A DNA stretch of 37,583 bases. It comes from Basidiobolus meristosporus CBS 931.73 (Eukaryota > Fungi > Basidiobolomycota). The notes below the pieces were generated by a model, which saw only the letters and a list, made by a program, of their open reading frames with translations, did no database searches and was not told the DNA's origin. The position numbers and the translations under genes were made by a program. Location: positions 1 to 37,583 of the forward strand of contig MCFE01000772.1 in NCBI GenBank assembly GCA_002104905.1, written 5' to 3'. Positions 34,233 to 37,583 of the stretch are shown here, piece after piece. Position 1 is the stretch's first letter. The number at the start of each line of letters is the position of its first letter.

Positions 34233-37200
34233 TGTTGCAATTTAAGAAGTGATTTGGATATAAGGAACTTATCAAGAAATAGTGATAATAGTTGAACTGT
34301 TGTTTATTCATAAAGAAGCTCAGTATTTATACCTTTGTAGAAGTAATACAGCTGCAACACTAAGTAGGGAGGGTTTCTCAATATTCAGGAGCATTCTGTA
34401 ACAGTTTCAGGGTTAGTACATAATGTTTGGTAATAGTGCTAATTTGATCCTGACTATAGGGGAATAATCATAAGATCATATATCTGGAGAAAGTGGCGAA
34501 GTAAAGGCAGTAAATGAGTCCTACAGTGACTAAGACTAGCCTAGAATTGTTAAGTAAATTTTTAGCTGCTGAATGATACCAAATAGTCCAATATTTCAAC
34601 ACTCCCCCTCAACTAAATAATTTCTTAATCCCAATTTCTCTCTAAGGATCTCAAACTGTGGCCTAGCTAGTGGTTTTGTCAATATGTCTGCCACCATTTT
34701 GTCAGTTGGGCAGTAAACCAGCTCTACTAAGTTATTTTCTACAGCTTCCCTCACAAAGTGATGCTGTATATCAATGTGCTTAGTTCTGGCATGATTAGTA
34801 GGATTTCTAGCTAATGAAATACAACTTTGATTATCCTTGTAAATACATGTTGGTTCACCTGAATTAAAACCTAAGTCTTTGAATAATTTTCGTAGCCATA
34901 TAGCCTCCTTAGTTGCTTGACATGCAGCCATATATTTGGCTTCAGTTGTAGATAGTGCCACAGTTGGTTGTTTCTTGCAATTCCAAGTAATAGCTGCACC
35001 AGCATAAAGAAATACATAGCCTGTGGTAGAGCGTCTGTCAATCAGATCTCTACCCCAATCTGAATCACTATAACCATCAAATTTTTGCCTATTAGCTGCT
35101 CCAGAGTATTCCAGTACCATATTTATGGTACCTTGTAGATATCTGAAAATCCGCTTAACTGCTGCAATTTGATCTGATCCATAATTCTGCATGAATTGAC
35201 TGACTATTCCAACTGCTACTGCAATATCTGGACGTGTAGACACCATCAAGTACATTAGGCTACCGACCATTGATTGATAGGGAAAGTTTTGGTCCATATT
35301 TGAGCCGTTTTCATCCATAACTGGCTGAGATTTGCTTAATTTCAGGTTATTGTCCATAGGGGTTGCTGCAGGTTTGCAATTTTCCATTTTGAAGCGTCTA
35401 AGAATGTCCCTGATGTACTTAGACTGATTCAGCACAATTTTCTGCGTAGGTATGTCAAATTTGACCTCAATTCCAAGAAAATAGCTCAATTTTCCAAGAT
35501 CTTTCATCTCAAACTTGCTGAAGAGATCTGATTTCGTCTGTTTAAGTGCCTCTTGATCACTTGTAGCTATAATTAGGTCGTCCACATAAAGAACTAGGAT
35601 GATCACACCCTTTTTGAGCTGTTTCACATATATACTGTGATCTGCAGTGCTACGAGAGAACCCAATTTCCTCTAGATATGTGTCAATCTTGTTATACCAT
35701 GCTCTGGGTGCCTGCTTAAGCCCATACAACAATTTTCTAAGTTTGCACACCTTATGGGGGCTTTTTGGATCGGTAAAACCTTCTGGTTGCTCCATATATA
35801 TAGTTTCTTGCAAATCCCCATTTAGAAAGGCTGTTTTGACGTCCATTTGGTGTAGATCTAGACTGTGTACAGCTGCCAGGGCTAGAACTGTCCTAATAGA
35901 GTTAAACTTGGCAACCGGAGCAAATGTTTCCTTAAAGTCTAGTCCCTGGATCTGGGAATAGCCTTTAGCTACCAGTCTAGCCTTGTACTTATCAACGGCA
36001 CCATTTGAGGTTATCTTGATCTTGTAGACCCATCTACATCCTATTGGCTTTCTCCCATTTGGTAAATCTACCAGTTCCCACGTTTTTGCCTTGATCAGTG
36101 ATTGGTACTCCTCCTGCATGGCTTGTTGCCACTTAGTAGCATCTGGACCTTGCATTGCCTGTTCCAGATTCTGAGGTTTGGCACATAAGGCAAGATAAGC
36201 TTCTTCATGATCATTGGATGTCTGCCACCAGGATCCAGGGGCATTTCTTATTCTGGTGGATCTCCTAACTGGGATAATCTGTTCTGATCTGGAACTGGTA
36301 GAAGTATCTTCCATCTCTGGCTGGATTTGGTACGTATCTTCTTCATTTGTGTTGATTGCATCATCAGGCAGCTGGCCAATGATTTCTGTGGCTTTCTGAT
36401 CTGAATTCTCCTCAAATACAACGTCCCTGCTCTTGATCAGCTTCTGAATTTCGCCATCATACACTCTATACCCTTTAGTATCTTCACAATACCCAAGAAA
36501 GATCCCTTTTCTACTCTTTGGTTCCAACTTTGAGCGTTTTTTGTCAGGGATGTGATAAAAGACATCACTGCCAAAGATCCTGAGGTGCTGGAGATCTGGT
36601 TTTTTGCCTGTATATGCTTCAAAGGGTGTAGAATCACGTAGTGCTGTTGTTGGGCATCTGTTCTTGATGTATACAGCGGTAGCAACAGATTCAGCCCAAA
36701 ACTTGTAGTCCATTCCCTTATCATGTAGCATAGATCTTCCCATCTCTACTATTGTTCTGTTTGCACGTTCTGCTACTCCATTTTGCTGTGGAGTATGAGG
36801 AACTGTGGTCTGTTGAAGTATACCAGTAGACAAGCAGTATTTTGCAAACTCCTTTGAGCAGTATTCTCCTCCATTGTCACTTCGTAGTACCTTCAATTTA
36901 CACCCAGTTTGTGTTTCTGCCATGTTCTTGAAGTGCTTAAACGTCTCTAAAGCTTCATCCTTTGTTTTGAGGAAGTACACCCATGTATATCTTGTCTTGT
37001 CATCAATAAACGTCATAAAGTATCTCTTGGCTCCAAAGGACAGTGTTCTCATGGGGCCACATATGTCTGAGTGTACAATAGCCAATATTTCGGTGGTATT
37101 GATGCCTTCTGAGCTCTTGAAACGTTGCCTAGCTTGTTTGCCATATGAACATCCTTTACAAACATTCAATTTGATCGGAATTGAGTATTTTAGGCCCAAA

Positions 37201-37583
37201 ACAAGCTGATTTTTCACCAATTGGCTCATTTTCTGTTCCCCTATGTGTCCTAGCCTCCTATGCCACGTCTCCCAGTTGGTTTCATCGGTTTCAGCAATGT
37301 TGACATACTCAGGTACAATGATCTTGCATTGTAACTTGTATATATTGTGATCTCTGATTCCCGAAGCTAATTTTTGTCCATTTTCACTCAATATTGAGCA
37401 GCTCAGCTTAGTAAAAACGAATTTCAGTCCCTGAGTAGTTGCTTTACTGACTGAGAGTAGGTTCTTAGCTATTCCAGGTACATAGAGTACGTCAGTCAGT
37501 TTTGCTGTTGTTGCCCCTGAGTTATCACTCATATTTAGTTGTATGGACCCACTGGCGGTAGCTTCCAATGCAGAGTTATCTCC
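34233..37583 (-). mobile_element. Ty1/copia family B element, 3' part (continues beyond the window); 3' LTR 34233-34601, PPT 34602-34613
   Basis: 369-bp TG...CA LTR, PPT GTTGAGGGGGAG, and a long pol ORF. Confidence 0.96.
34596..37583 (-). CDS. Copia B Pol polyprotein (PR C-terminus, integrase, RT, RNase H), open past the window edge
   Basis: >990 codons without a stop: [75 protein letters not shown]. The annotated start is only a TTG within the continuing frame. Confidence 0.93.
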   Translation of the reverse strand, partial: GDNSALEATASGSIQLNMSDNSGATTAKLTDVLYVPGIAKNLLSVSKATTQGLKFVFTKLSCSILSENGQKLASGIRDHNIYKLQCKIIVPEYVNIAETDETNWETWHRRLGHIGEQKMSQLVKNQLVLGLKYSIPIKLNVCKGCSYGKQARQRFKSSEGINTTEILAIVHSDICGPMRTLSFGAKRYFMTFIDDKTRYTWVYFLKTKDEALETFKHFKNMAETQTGCKLKVLRSDNGGEYCSKEFAKYCLSTGILQQTTVPHTPQQNGVAERANRTIVEMGRSMLHDKGMDYKFWAESVATAVYIKNRCPTTALRDSTPFEAYTGKKPDLQHLRIFGSDVFYHIPDKKRSKLEPKSRKGIFLGYCEDTKGYRVYDGEIQKLIKSRDVVFEENSDQKATEIIGQLPDDAINTNEEDTYQIQPEMEDTSTSSRSEQIIPVRRSTRIRNAPGSWWQTSNDHEEAYLALCAKPQNLEQAMQGPDATKWQQAMQEEYQSLIKAKTWELVDLPNGRKPIGCRWVYKIKITSNGAVDKYKARLVAKGYSQIQGLDFKETFAPVAKFNSIRTVLALAAVHSLDLHQMDVKTAFLNGDLQETIYMEQPEGFTDPKSPHKVCKLRKLLYGLKQAPRAWYNKIDTYLEEIGFSRSTADHSIYVKQLKKGVIILVLYVDDLIIATSDQEALKQTKSDLFSKFEMKDLGKLSYFLGIEVKFDIPTQKIVLNQSKYIRDILRRFKMENCKPAATPMDNNLKLSKSQPVMDENGSNMDQNFPYQSMVGSLMYLMVSTRPDIAVAVGIVSQFMQNYGSDQIAAVKRIFRYLQGTINMVLEYSGAANRQKFDGYSDSDWGRDLIDRRSTTGYVFLYAGAAITWNCKKQPTVALSTTEAKYMAACQATKEAIWLRKLFKDLGFNSGEPTCIYKDNQSCISLARNPTNHARTKHIDIQHHFVREAVENNLVELVYCPTDKMVADILTKPLARPQFEILREKLGLRNYLVEGEC

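Noticed and set aside
35647-37209. Plus-strand ORFs opposite copia B pol
   Set aside because: Antisense shadows of the long pol ORF with no independent signal.

Overview
Eukaryotic, almost certainly fungal, genomic DNA. Bases ~1-1512 hold most of one intron-rich host gene on the - strand, SWD2/WDR82 (a WD40 subunit of COMPASS/CPF): 7 exons were reconstructed and the last exon was not found in the window. From ~1.8 kb to the end there is a ~36 kb, CpG-depleted nest of transposon debris with no host gene that I could recognise. It contains: (i) Ty1/copia family A, with 8 LTR copies or fragments and one full-length pseudogenised element at 11246-17113; (ii) Ty1/copia family B, with a long open pol ORF running off the right edge and a 545-bp internally deleted derivative; (iii) several rearranged Ty3/gypsy pieces at 22.6-32.2 kb; (iv) three pieces of a CMC/CACTA-type transposase; (v) solo LTRs; and (vi) an unclassified repeat encoding a 69-aa tandem repeat. 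The most striking feature is a 1032-bp inverted duplication of RT inside the full-length copia A element (180-nt loop), which would give a long dsRNA hairpin if transcribed from the element's own LTR, like maize Mu killer. A second, older RT fold-back sits in the gypsy nest. All coordinates and identities were read by hand; boundaries of degenerate remnants are approximate (tens of bp).
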